Source of the DNA: Chiloscyllium plagiosum
Lineage: Eukaryota
Reading direction: 5' to 3'
Length of the DNA stretch: 64,000 nucleotides
NCBI RefSeq assembly: GCF_004010195.1
Contig: NC_057719.1
Coordinates: forward strand, 14,258,364 to 14,322,363
The translations under genes and the position numbers were made by a program. Of this stretch, positions 48,767 to 60,804 are shown in pieces. Within the stretch, counting starts at the first letter, position 1. Each line of letters opens with the position of its first letter. Under the pieces are notes generated by a model. The model saw only the letters and a list, made by a program, of their open reading frames with translations. It was not told the DNA's origin and ran no database searches.

Positions 48767-49869
48767 TGACAAAAAAGCACTGTCCAAGTTTCTGTACGTG
48801 ACAAGAATTATTATTACCAACAACTAACCTCTAGCTACAGATATTAAAAAAATTATGAGCTCTGGACACTTATATCTCTACTAGTTAAAACTAATTTAAA
48901 ATTGTCACTTTTTAGTAAAAGTCAGCCCACTGAATATGGTGTAATGTAGCTTTCATTGGCTTCTGTTTTATTGGTGAGTGAGATGTGAGTCTCATTGGGT
49001 GTGCTCATCCCTAGTTGCCCTCGAGAGGATGGTGGTGACTTCCTTCTTGAACCACGACATTAACCCACAATGCCTTTAGAGACGGAGTTTCAGGATTTTG
49101 ACCCAGTGACAGTGTACAGATTCTTTGAATATGGACTGCTTCAGTATCTGAGAAGTCACAATTAACTTCTATCCTGCCATTGTTTATTTGGAGGAAGTTC
49201 TGTCTCACATTAATGAAAACTAATTGAGTTGCAAATTGACAAGCATGGTATCTTCAGTGTTTGTCCTAAGGCTACATTTTATTGACAAAGTTATGGAGTT
49301 TGAAAGTTTCTAATAATACACTGAATTGATATTGGGAAACACTCTTTCATACATCTAGTATTTCATATTTTTATGCACAATACATATTGTTTCAGGTGCA
49401 TGAGCACAACAATAAACAGTTACTCATTTTTAAATTTATCTTATTTATACTGTTGTTTTCTTTAAATAATTAGTGGAGCTGAGAAATAACAAACAGCCAC
49501 AAATATCAGTAGTTGTTGTTCGTAGGATAATGTAGACCATGGTATAAATTAAGGTAATTATAGTTGCGTAAAGCAAGGGAATACAGTAATGATGAGTGAG
49601 CTCAATCTATTTATAAACTAAGTCAATCTAATGAGCACCAATGCTATGGAGAAAGAATTCCTGGAATTGCTTTTAGGAGTAATATTTTGAAGAACGAACA
49701 AGGGCACAGGCTATATTAGATCATGTGTAATGCAACTTTGAGCGGGGTAATTAATCATCTCGATGGTCACATAATCTAGAACGACAAAGCAGACTTGAAG
49801 GGCTGAATGGTCTACCCCTGTTCCTGTATTCTTATCAATGAGCAAATATGTATGCAAGACCACAACACG

Positions 49870-50310
49870 TGCAACCTGCACCAGAGTACCCAGAGGAAAC
49901 CCACTAGGACATGGGCAGAATGTGCAAACGCCACACAGACAGTCATCAGAGGATGGAATTGAATCTGGGTCCCTGGCGCTGTAAGGCAGCTAACCACTGT
50001 GCCACCCCACGTCCAACAGAATAGAATTCCTACAGTGTGGAAGCAGGACACTCGGCACATCGAGTCCACGCTGACCCTCTGAAAAGCATCCCACACCCAC
50101 CTTATCCCTGTAAAATTGCTTTTACATGACTTACCCCGCTAGCCTGCACATCCCTCGACACCATGGGCAATTTAGAATTGGCCAATCCACCTAACCTGTA
50201 CATCTATGAACTGTGGGAAGAAAGCCATGCAGACATAGGGAGAATGTACAAACGCCACACAGACAGCCACCCAAGGGTGGAATCGATCTGGGTCCTTGGC
50301 ACTGTGAGGT
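49870..50310 (-). mobile_element. Two adjacent degenerate HE1-type SINEs
   Basis: Two successive HE1 bodies. Confidence 0.75.
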
Positions 50311-50378
50311 GCCCCTCTGAACTGAACTACCCCTAATAGGGTCATTTAAATGATAAGCTGCGAATATATTTCCATTTT

Positions 50379-50460
50379 TGGCAGCAGTGGGATTCAAACC
50401 CACACCTCCGCAGAGAATGGAACTTGAGTCCAGTGCCTTAGACTGCTCAGCGACACCACC
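50379..50460 (-). pseudogene. tRNA-Leu pseudogene (82 nt)
   Basis: ggtggtgtcgctgagcagtctaaggcactggactcaagttccattctctgcggaggtgtgggtttgaatcccactgctgcca is colinear with vertebrate tRNA-Leu(AAG/TAG). CpG decay, T-loop TTTGAA, no oligo-T terminator. Confidence 0.85.
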
Positions 50461-51280
50461 CAGACTGTGGGTATGACAAGTATGACTTATACTGTAACAG
50501 AAAATTGCAAACTCAACTCATGTAATTTGCTGTGCAACGATTTTGACGCCATCCTCCAGATTAAATCTTGGAAAATTTAGCCTAAATTATTTACTTATTT
50601 GGAGTTGCTTTTACTTAAAAACAGTTAAATTGCATTTACTCCAAATGTGCAAATGATGATGGACTCAATGGTTGTCTTTGTTGAAGAAACTGAGCCAAAT
50701 TTGGATTATTAATTGTTGAACATACAAATTTTCCACATACATACTGACATTTTGAAAATCCTGTAATGTTCTTTTCCAAAAGAACCAATTAAACAAATTA
50801 AAAATAAATATTGGACAACCAGACAAGATTTTCAGGAAACTGCACTGGGCAATTCAAACAGTATTGTTCAACCAACTGGTGCTCCTGCAGTATTGCATTT
50901 GCATATCAAAATGGATTAGGTATTTAACCCTATTTATGAGTTAATTCCCAATTCTGCATACTTGGAATCACTTTGACATCCATACATGAACTCCCATAAT
51001 TTAACTTTCCAAACAAAAGTTTGCCTAGGAAGAATAAGTAAAATAGTCCAGGTCATGGACATGGGCATGGATTCTGTTTGTAGGTCTCTTTGATCAACAC
51101 CCCAAGTGACATAGATGTGTCGCCTAAGAATGAGACATATGCTAGTGTCACAATCCACTACCAGGGAATCTGACCGAGTCTTTAGGAGAAGCTAAAGTGC
51201 ACATTTTAACTAAGGCAGGATTTCGGGAAGGAAGAAAAGGAATGCAAATATCTGACTTTGATAACAGAATGAGTACTAAC

Positions 51281-51409
51281 CTTGGCAGGTCTGTTTGTCT
51301 TCTAAGATAGCTAATGTATAGCCAGAATAGCAGGAACAGGAGTATGTGCCCGCTGTATTGGTACAATGGCCTTTTCCTTCACATGGGTCTCCTTCACACT
51401 CATTTATAT
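51281..51409 (-). CDS. LTBP2: LTBP2 exon: cbEGF ([43 protein letters not shown])
   Basis: 129 nt, gaAG/GTTAGT, phase 1-1. The DPCxGKGxC...YSCxCYxGYTLA...QxCQ pattern matches the recalled human LTBP2 module DDNECLRDPCKGKGRC. Not translated in the ORF track. Confidence 0.92.
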
Positions 51410-52724
51410 CTTCAGATCCAAATTATAAGATACCAATGGCAAGTGGATTCAACATAGAAAAAGAGAATAAAGTCATGGACGATGAATATACAACACTGTC
51501 ATTTTGTTAGCAATGCTCATTTGGTTACCGTTTCATTACCTAAACATCAAACCTCCCAGTTCTCTCAATGAGTATCCATCAGCAAATAACTTCTTTTTCA
51601 GGTGCTGAGCATTTTCAATATTTTCTGTTCTTATTGTTTCTGCTTTTCTATATTGTTTTCATGCAACCAATTAACAATCAGAATCTTCACCATTGCAACA
51701 GTTGTAGAAATGTGAAGTGCATATGTAAACATTAACAGATTTAATTAAACTATTTACAAGACATGGAAAGGGTGGACGCATTGTTGCAGTCTTACCATCC
51801 ATCTGCAAACCCACTGACAGAGACTCAGTGATGCTCACACTTTCTGTTGTCCGAGGAAAGCAGCCAACATAATCAAATACCCCTCCCAACTCGGTTATAC
51901 TCTCGTCCACCTCCTTACATCATGCAGAAGATACAAACATTTGAAAACATTGATTGATTGAAATTTGTAGAAGATTGACAGCAATAGATTTGGTTGGGTT
52001 AGGTAATCAAGGGTTATTAAGTAAGTGTGGGTAAATGAAATGGAAGCATGTATCAGTTAGGCTTTTTCATCAGCAATAATCCTGAGGGGCTGGATAATCC
52101 TATATTTACAATTCAAATACAAGCCGTCTTGCATATCAACCTGAGGACTGACGTATGATAATCAAAACATTTTCAAGATATAGTCATGTTCATTTTTCTC
52201 TTCCTTTCTGATTATTCAAGGCCTTGGTCATTTCTTCCAAGCAAAATTATGTACATCTTTCAGTTTAATACACTGCATTCCCTGCTCCTGATCTGGTCTA
52301 CTCTACACTGATGTAACCAAATGCAATTGTATGATTGTCTTACCGGACACTTCCTTTCAGTCTGCATGTTTAACCGTGAGCTTTTGGTCACTTACCTGTT
52401 TAATACTCTGCATTGCTCATCATCTTTCTCCCTGTCTGCAGATACTTACTCTGTTCTAACTCCAAGCCAACAGAATTCAGCTTTTGATGAGGCAGTCTGC
52501 AACCTTTCAGACCAAAGTCAAGACAAATAACTGATATTCCCACTTTTTTGCAGACGATTGTAATGACTCATCCATTTACTTGATCTGGTCCTGGTTTTCA
52601 CCCCAACACAAATCTTTCTTTTCATTCTTTGCTCCCTTAACCCATTTATCCTCCATTTGCTTGCTTGAAATCTTCTGTAGCTGTAACCATTTCGAAAAAA
52701 GAAATCTGGTAAATCTAAAACTGG

Positions 52725-53339
52725 CTGGACCTCACAGGATATCAGTTCCCTGATTGGGGCTGTTAATCTGGTCCAATCAGGGAGCCCCATCTGACAGATA
52801 AAAAGGGAAGTGTCTCCGCGGTTATGTTAGAGCCCGGGTGTCCTTGGAGAAGGAGCACGCGGTGTCCACCAACACCCTGGAGTTGTTCAGGGAGAGGTGG
52901 GCGCCGCAGGGAGTGGAGTGCATCATTTCTCCCTCCAACTCTATTTTGTTTTAGTCCCTACCCTCCCCCTCACTGTTTTGATCACACAGCACTGTCCTTT
53001 GATGTGAAGGGCAGTGTTTGTCACTGGCCACCCGGGTGTTTTCCTATCTTCCTGGTGGTGGAATTTGAATAAAGATTTGTGCACTTTGTGTCTTTCACTG
53101 TGTCTCACACGTATACACACACAAAATAAAATAATAAAAAAAAATAAACCGGGGATTCCTGGTGGTGGACTTAAAGAAAAAGAAAAAAAAAAGAAAAAAA
53201 AAGAAAAAAAAGGGAAGTGTCAGTGATTCTGGAACTCTGGTAGCTGACTCTGAAGAGGCAGTATTAAAGTCAAGGGTTGTTCGTGTGTAAATAAAGGGTG
53301 AGTTGATAAGGAGATACTGACCGCTGTGGAGTTACTTCA
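52725..53339 (+). mobile_element. Probable solo LTR interrupted by a LINE
   Basis: CCAAT boxes, gataaaaa TATA-like site, AATAAA near 53290, ends ttca. Confidence 0.5.
52815..53206 (+). mobile_element. Young 5'-truncated Tx1/L1-clade LINE
   Basis: ORF2 end RGYVRARVSLEKEHAVSTNTLELFRERWAPQGVECIISPSNSILF*, 3' UTR, A-rich tail. 15-bp TSD aaaaagggaagtgtc at 52800-52814 and 53207-53221. Confidence 0.88.
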
Positions 53340-53534
53340 ATCTGAAATGTTAACTATTTTTCTCTTAGTTGGCACATATTGAGAAGATCTTCTATTATCC
53401 TTCACATTTGCCATTCTGCCACATTATGTATCTTCACTCAATAATATATTTAGATACCAAATTGATTACCTTTATCTGAAGGAATTAGTTACAAAATGAC
53501 AATAGTAAGAAGAGATTTTCTACATTGATTTTAC

Positions 53535-53660
53535 CTATGCAGTCGATGCCTTGTTGGTTCAGCACAAAACCAATTGAACAAACACATCGATAGCTTCCCA
53601 CTGTATTTTCACATCGTCCATAGCTACAAAACTGTGGGATTTGCCAGCATTCATCAATAT
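53535..53660 (-). CDS. LTBP2: LTBP2 exon: cbEGF (DIDECWQIPQFCSYGRCENTVGSYRCVCSIGFVLNQQGIDCI)
   Basis: 126 nt, acAG/GTAAAA, phase 1-1, full cbEGF consensus. Confidence 0.9.
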
Positions 53661-55850
53661 CTGTCAATCAAAATAATTAATTTCAGAAATAATTACAAAT
53701 TATGGTAGCTTAAGAAAATAACATGAAAGTTATATAGAGCCACACTTGCATAATGAGTTTGAGTTTGATTTATTGTTGTTACGTATTGAGATAGAGTGAA
53801 AAGTGTTGTTTTGCCAGCTATACAGGCAGATCATACCATACATAGTGTATCAGGGTAGCAGAACAAAGTGCAGAATACAGTGTTACAGCTGCAGAGAAGG
53901 TAAGAGAGAGAGAGATCAGAATTAACAATTGAGAAGTCCATTCAAAAATCTGGTAACTGTGGGGAAGAAGCTGTTCTTGAATCTGTTTGTACAGTTTTTC
54001 AAACTTTTATATAAATGTTCCCTTCCTATGTAAAGTTTGTAAATAGCAAGGCAGTATCAAACTGGAAACTTGCGAAGACTTTACAGGAGTAATTCTAATT
54101 GCAGTTAACAACTTGGAATTTTCTTTACTTGTATGACACAGGCTAAAGCTTGGTCAAAATGAAAACACTTTTCTTCTCTCTGTGTATTTCCTAACAATCC
54201 TAAAGTCACTATTTAACTTAGGCAGTTTGCTTAAATAGCAGTGAGTATAATGCATAAACATACCCAAATATATCTTTTAATTACTCAGTGAGATACTTAA
54301 AACTATATAGTGTAGAAAATGGCAAAACCAATGCTGTTGTAGTGGGTATTTTTCCGTGTTTTGAAGAATGAGATATTGATAACACAGTGATTAATATGTA
54401 TCTAATTAATGTTATGCTAGGAGTAGGTAGCATTGGAAGTAAAAGAAAGAAAATAATTATATCTCAGAACAATTACAAAACAATGCTTATGTTGAAAAAA
54501 CAACCTCTGAAATGAGTTTAAGATGAGACATGGTTTATGATTATCTAGATATAAATGATTAATTAACCAATTCTGATGAAAAAAGCCAATCAACCTGAAG
54601 TGAAGGCAAAATTTCCATGATTTTCCTCACACTATCGGCAGGAAACATTCACATAAATCTGTAACACAGCCCAGAAGCAGCATAAATCTCTCAATATTTC
54701 ATGACAATTTTACTCAATTTCTATACCCACTTGTTATTTTTTCTAATTACAAGAAAATCCGCAGTCCATTATCTGATAAAAAAAGAAAAAAAATCCTGGC
54801 AAGGTATAAAGTCAGAATCACATAGAGGCATTTAATTAATATTGTTGGATTCTCAATGCAATGGATTTTCTAATAAAAAATACTCAAACACTGATAGCAT
54901 TAATAAGCTCTCCATGAGAGATACAATGTACTAAAACAATAATTCATTGTTGTACAAATATATCCATTAAAAGCCTTCAGAATGAGTGATGACACACCTG
55001 CAAACTGCCATCATCCATGTGAAGCATACAGTAACAGACTTTTCATAAAATAATTCACTTAGTGCTTTTACCCTCTGCAACTCATCACCTTTCAAAAACA
55101 ACTACGGCATGAGAGAAATCTATAACTTCTGCTTCTTTAAGAGAAGGAGACAGATTAAAAAAAAACAAGTTAAATCCATTCCAGATCTCCCATTTATACT
55201 GAATAGGTGTTATAACCTTTCTCACAGTAAATACTCTTGCTGTTAATGTGAGTGAACATTGAATACCTGATTTAGTTGAATTGTAAGTGCATGCTTCTGA
55301 AGCCACTAAGTTGCCACGTACAAATTATACAAGCTGGGAGAAACAGCAGTAAGAGAGAATAATGATTGCATAGGCAAAGTGTCAAGGAGGATGGTGGCCA
55401 TAGTATATGCCAGGGAGTTTAGTGTGAAGCCGCACCTGAATGAGGCCTTGCACCTGGTCTGATTTATATGTTGGGAATTTGTGCCATCCAGTTGCTTGGG
55501 GAAGGAGAGGAGAGTTGGAATTGGTATGAAAATAAAACACATTGAGGTTTTAATAAGGTGAAAATATATTAAAATAAGGAATTCGCCACTCCATGGCAAA
55601 GATTTGGAAGTCATGATTTAAAGCTTGAAAGGAAATTTGCAAGCAAGAACAACATTTTAGGCGTCACAAATATGTTGTTACATTCTCTCTTGGATTTTGA
55701 AAACTTTCTGGCCCCTGCTCGTGCCATGCCAGGGAGGGGAAAGCACCCCCCAGTTCAAACCTTTGTTTCGTCCACTGGTGAGGAATAAAGCAACCTGTTG
55801 CTATAGTTTTCATACTATCAAACAAATCAGGATTGCAACCTTATTTCTTG

Positions 55851-56074
55851 ATCTGGAGTCGCCGGTGTTGGTCTGGGGTATACAAAATTAAAAATCACAC
55901 AACACCAGGTTATAGCCCAACAGGTTTATTTGGAAGCACTAGCTTTTGGAGCGCTGCTCCTTCATCAGGTAACTCCTTCACAGTTACCTGATAAAGACGC
56001 AATGCTCTGAAAGCTACTGCTTCCAAATAAACCTATTGGACTATAACCTGGTGTTGTAAGATTTTTAACTTTGT
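55851..56074. mobile_element. Palindromic element (family B)
   Basis: About 90-bp inverted arms around a 9-10 nt loop. Approximate TSD caacc..ttt.cttg. Confidence 0.82.
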
Positions 56075-56123
56075 CAACCGTTTCCTTGCAGTTTTTGAAG
56101 AACAATTGTGAAGCATTTCTTAC

Positions 56124-56249
56124 CGACGCACTTTGTTTTCTGATCATTTAGCTGATAACCTGGGTCACAGTTACACAAATACCCCACTTGCTGACTGATG
56201 CAAATTCCTGGACCACAGATGTTTGGCGAAATGTCACATATATTTACAA
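56124..56249 (-). CDS. LTBP2: LTBP2 exon: first EGF-like domain of the central array (xVNICDISPNICGPGICISQQVGYLCNCDPGYQLNDQKTKCV)
   Basis: 126 nt, acceptor ttacAG, donor GTAAGA, phase 1-1. Six-Cys EGF lacking the D-x-D/N-E calcium motif, like the first EGF after the LTBP hinge. Confidence 0.9.
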
Positions 56250-57294
56250 CTGTAAGAGTGAAAACAAAACAAAAACATAATTTCCATTTTAACATAGTAA
56301 AAGCTATTTGCATTTCTTTTCGACAGTTAGTCACTGAATATTAGAATAGAACTTTTGATGGCTGAAGTACATTTTAGGCTTAAATTGTAAACACATTCAC
56401 TATCATGCACAATTACAAAATATCTTCTGTCAGTTTCTACTGACAGAAGACTGAGAGGTGACCTCATAGAAACTTACAAAATTCTTAAATGGATAGGCAG
56501 GGTCAATGCAGGAAGGAAATTCCCCATGGCTGTGACATCAAAATAAGGGACAGAATCTCCGAGTAAAATGTAAGCCATTTAGGACCAAAGATGAGGGGGA
56601 ATGTCTTCACTAGAGAGTGGTGATCTTTGGAATTCTCTATCCCAGAAGGCTGTGAAAGCTATTGAAGTCCCAGTTGATGATAATACCAGACAGGTCAGAT
56701 GTCAAGAATGATAGAAACATTGATCCAGCTTAATAGATCATACATCTTATTTCTGAAGTTTGGTTACTGTTGTACTTTGTCATTAAATATATTCACAAAG
56801 GGCTGCCAATGCTTTATTTTAACAAAATAATGAAAACTTAAAGCAAAGCCCTTTATATATGACAATTTACAAAGATTGTACAGCAACAGAAAAAGAAAGT
56901 TTCAACTCTTTTCCCAGCAATATACTTTACAGTCACTCAATCCCAGTGAAGGGCCACGTCTAAAATAACTGTTAACTTTTTTCTCTAATGAAATATTTCC
57001 ACCCCTTCTCGTCAGATGGCTGAAACAATCTCAATGGTTGATTTGCAGCTCTGATGGCTTGGAAATTTCTTTCCAATTCTGATAGGCTGGAGAAGTTCTA
57101 CCACTGTCACTGTCTGTAGACTTCTACAAACATTAAAAAAAAGGCCCTTCTTCTAGGATGACTTTTCTTCTCAGCTCATACTCGCCCTGGCTCATGACCA
57201 TCCGTTTCTATATCAGAACACTAAATTTGTAAACAGTTACAAATAAATTCATTTAACTTAAAGCTCACTGTTTAAGGTGACTTTGTAACCTTTC

Positions 57295-57515
57295 TCAAAT
57301 CCGGCTGAGCTACCCGGCCCTGAAGTGTCAAAGTTGGTATGAGCAGTCATATTCACTCCCATCCCCATGTGGACCACTTCCCACCATGGGAAATGGATGA
57401 AACTCGGCCTGAACATGGGGGACAGGCCGCTCTCGAAAGCCAGACAATTGGCAGAACCACCGGGTCAAATCCGGCTGAGCTACCCGGCCCCGAAGTCTCA
57501 AAGTCGGTATGAGCA
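57295..57515. repeat. 1.3 copies of a 170-bp unit (51-bp terminal direct repeats)
   Basis: 57295-57345 and 57465-57515 differ at 3 of 51 positions. Confidence 0.9.
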
Positions 57516-60500
57516 CTTTGCCTCACCTAACCAAAAGCTAAAGTCTCTTTTTGTACCAATTCCAAATCAAGTTTCCCAAATAATAACAACATTCTGCAAA
57601 CCTCCATCACAAAGCTCAGTCTTTAATTAAGTTTAAGACAGAAATAGATAGGTTTCTAGTTACAAATGACACAAAGATATATGGGATAGCATAGGACTAT
57701 GGTATTGAGGTCTCTGGCAGAACAGGCTTGAAGAAATGTATGGTTTATTCCTGCTGCCATGTCGCTATACCAATTTTGATCTGGAGAGTGATGTAGAGTT
57801 TTATATTCAAATAGGTATAACCTGGAGTGATGCTTTTCAAATGTATTTAGTTAGCACGAATCATGTTCAACAGAGCAATTTATGCCAAATAAGTTCCCAG
57901 GTATAAATCTAGAGATGACAAAACAATTCTCTACAAAGTTATTTGTAACAGTTATTACTGTTGCAATTACTCCGTTACCACACGTAATATATCAAATTTT
58001 ATCATTGGTGTGCAAAATACGTTACATCAAACAGGATGTACAAGAAGCCTTGTAGAACACACTGATGACAGATTCTGGGGAGTGATGTTAATACTGAAGT
58101 GTTGTACTATAGGGTCAGATATTCGCCTCCTGCATTCTGCATCAGGTGGGCCAGGCTATAATGGGCTGGAGAATTGGGAAGCTCACATCAGGAAATTTCC
58201 CAGCTCAACTCCTGCCAATTCATGCACCGCTCCTCTCATTGACCCTGACTACCCTCCATATCACCCCACTCTCACATTCACCCCAAATAACCCCAGACAC
58301 CCTTCAGACCCTCTAGGTCAACCCACTTCTCTCCTACCCCTCAATGACTCCCACATACCCTCAATGCCAACTTATGTATTCTATGCAGAATTATCAAACT
58401 GCGCAGTAAATTTGGCATGGAAGTACATAAAAGCGCAACCATCCATAACTTTCCTAAAAAGAAATACTGTTGCAACAGCTCGAGAAGATTATCAATAAAC
58501 CAAATGTTTAATGAACTATTATCAGAAACTATAAGCATCTGGCATTTCTTTATCTTTTGTAAATTAACACTGAGCCAGTGACAAAGTTGATCTAAACAAA
58601 CCAAAGCTGTCAATGAAGCAATAATATTTTGTCTCTGCACTTGCTTAAAAGAAGTGGACATCTTGGATTCTCAGGAATACCTCATAATGCACATATGACA
58701 TTGCCAGGACTCCTGAATTCAGGTCTAGTGGGTTATTTTTAAAGATCGACAGTGTCTTTCTGACTCAATGAAAATTCAGCTCAATGTCTACTTTTGCAGC
58801 CAGTTGCCATACTTTGCTTTATTATGTTCTTATGGAGCATTTTTTAATTCCGTGAAAGGGCACTACATAACAAAATAGTTATGATTATTATGAACACTTT
58901 TGCTTGTTTTGATTCCACAGATCATATTAAAAGGTATAATTTTTACTGTGGGTCTATCTACAGCACATGAATGGCTGTAGTTCAAGGCAACAGCTCAGTA
59001 CCATCTTCTCAAGGGCAATTAGGGGTCGGCATTCAAAGCTGCCCCAGCCACTGACACTCACGTCACATGAATGAAATGAAAAATTCTATTGGTGTGCTAA
59101 TATCAAATTTCAGTCAAAGTGCAGAGTGCTCGTTTTAGGTAATAAATCTCACATCACCCCATTGGCAAATTAACACACCCAATCATGCGCTTTCCCAAGT
59201 CACCAAAAACTGGTGGCCAATCAGATAATGTGTGCTTTCGTCCTAAAGACTACAGGATGGACCTAATCTTTGGACAACTCAGCTGTGAGAAGGTAACTGT
59301 TTCTTTTCCTTCTGGTTGTGGGGTGGGCAATCAAAGGGACAGGGAAGTCTGGGTGCCAGATGAGCCTCTGCAGGCATGATGGGCCAAATAGTCTCCTTCT
59401 GTGTCCAAACACTTCAGTGTGTCCATGATCAAAGGCAAAGGGCAGGGGTGTGGCTTTCACAGGTCACCACCTTGCTCCACCATCAGTGCTTCCAATTGCC
59501 ACCCAGACTGCGACAAATGGTGCCCATCTCCCCTACCCTCCAGTGCAGCAAGCAGGTAGAGAAAGTAGCCATCTTTCCTGCAAACTGGGAAGTGGAGTGA
59601 CTGGGAGTTGATGAGCAGAGTGACTATTAATTTATGACTTAAAGTCCTTAATTGTTGGTGGGTCAAGAATGTCCCGAAGGACCTTGCCATCCAGAACATA
59701 ACTGGTGGGGTAGCAAGAAATATAAACATGGAAAATGAGGACAGGAGTAAGCTACTTGGTCCTTTGAGCCTGTTCGATCATTCATGATGATCATGGGCAA
59801 TCAGACAACTCAATAGTCAGTTCTCATTTTCCCTCCGTGCCCTTGGATCCATTTAATTCCAAGCTATCGTAACTTTTCTTGAAGGGAGCAAGTATCTTGC
59901 TCAAGTCAACTTGCTGAATTATTTCCCTTCTCGCTAACTCCAGGGAAGAGAAATTCCACTCCGTGTTTTATAAAAAATACCTCCTGGTTCAATAGCAAGC
60001 TTTTTTCGAATAAAATGCAAGAGGTCCCTTATTTGTGGAACAGCCATCTAATTTTCAAAGATTTTGCAACAACATGTTTGTCCTAAAATTTTGTAAAGCT
60101 TGCCATCTATGAAATTTAAAACTGATCCCTTAATCCTGATGTAACTTCTGAGAAAGTTTGCCAACAATATATTGAATCATTCGATAGTCTATCTTTGTAT
60201 CAATCTACGTTCAGATACAAGCAATTATTCAGGAATATTTTCTAATTTCAATGAAATGTTTGTTAAAAACATCCTTATGTCTTTCACTGAGGTGACACTA
60301 GTTTCACAATTTAAAAGTTTTTCCTTCTAAAGCATCATTTTTCTCCTGTAAGATCCTCTCATAATCCTTTCAGTTTTCTTTCTTTGGCCTGGCTGAGTTG
60401 TCTACAGGGGCTTGGACCTCATTCAACATGCCCAATCTTCACTAGGTGACCCTGTGCTGAACTGTTCTATAAGCAGTATTTTGATGAAGTAAGGTTCGAG

Positions 60501-60804
60501 TCTAGTATTGGCCCCAGCTCCCACATTAGACAACCGACATATGCACAGGTGAAAGCTCAGCACAACCCCTTCAAAGAAGGCAAGGAAATCTCAGCACAAT
60601 ACTAAAGAGGCGCTGTCCACTCCAAACTGCACACCCAGTTTTATTCCCATCTTGCAGGTCAGGCAAAAGGAGCTACTCTGAGACTAAAAGCAAAAACAGT
60701 CAGTCTGATCTATTCCTGAAGAGAAAATCTCCTCTTTCTTTGTCACATAATATAATTGTAGTCTATCCATTTTTGAAGTCATCCATTACAATGCTATTTA
60801 TGCA

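Noticed and set aside
53535..56249. Assigning the gene as LTBP1, LTBP4, fibrillin or fibulin
   Set aside because: These two exons resemble LTBP1/4, but the six following modules match LTBP2 in order and diagnostic residues. No TB domains interrupt the array.
58010..58498. 162-aa Pro-rich ORF
   Set aside because: Opposite strand to LTBP2 and explained by a C-rich low-complexity tract.
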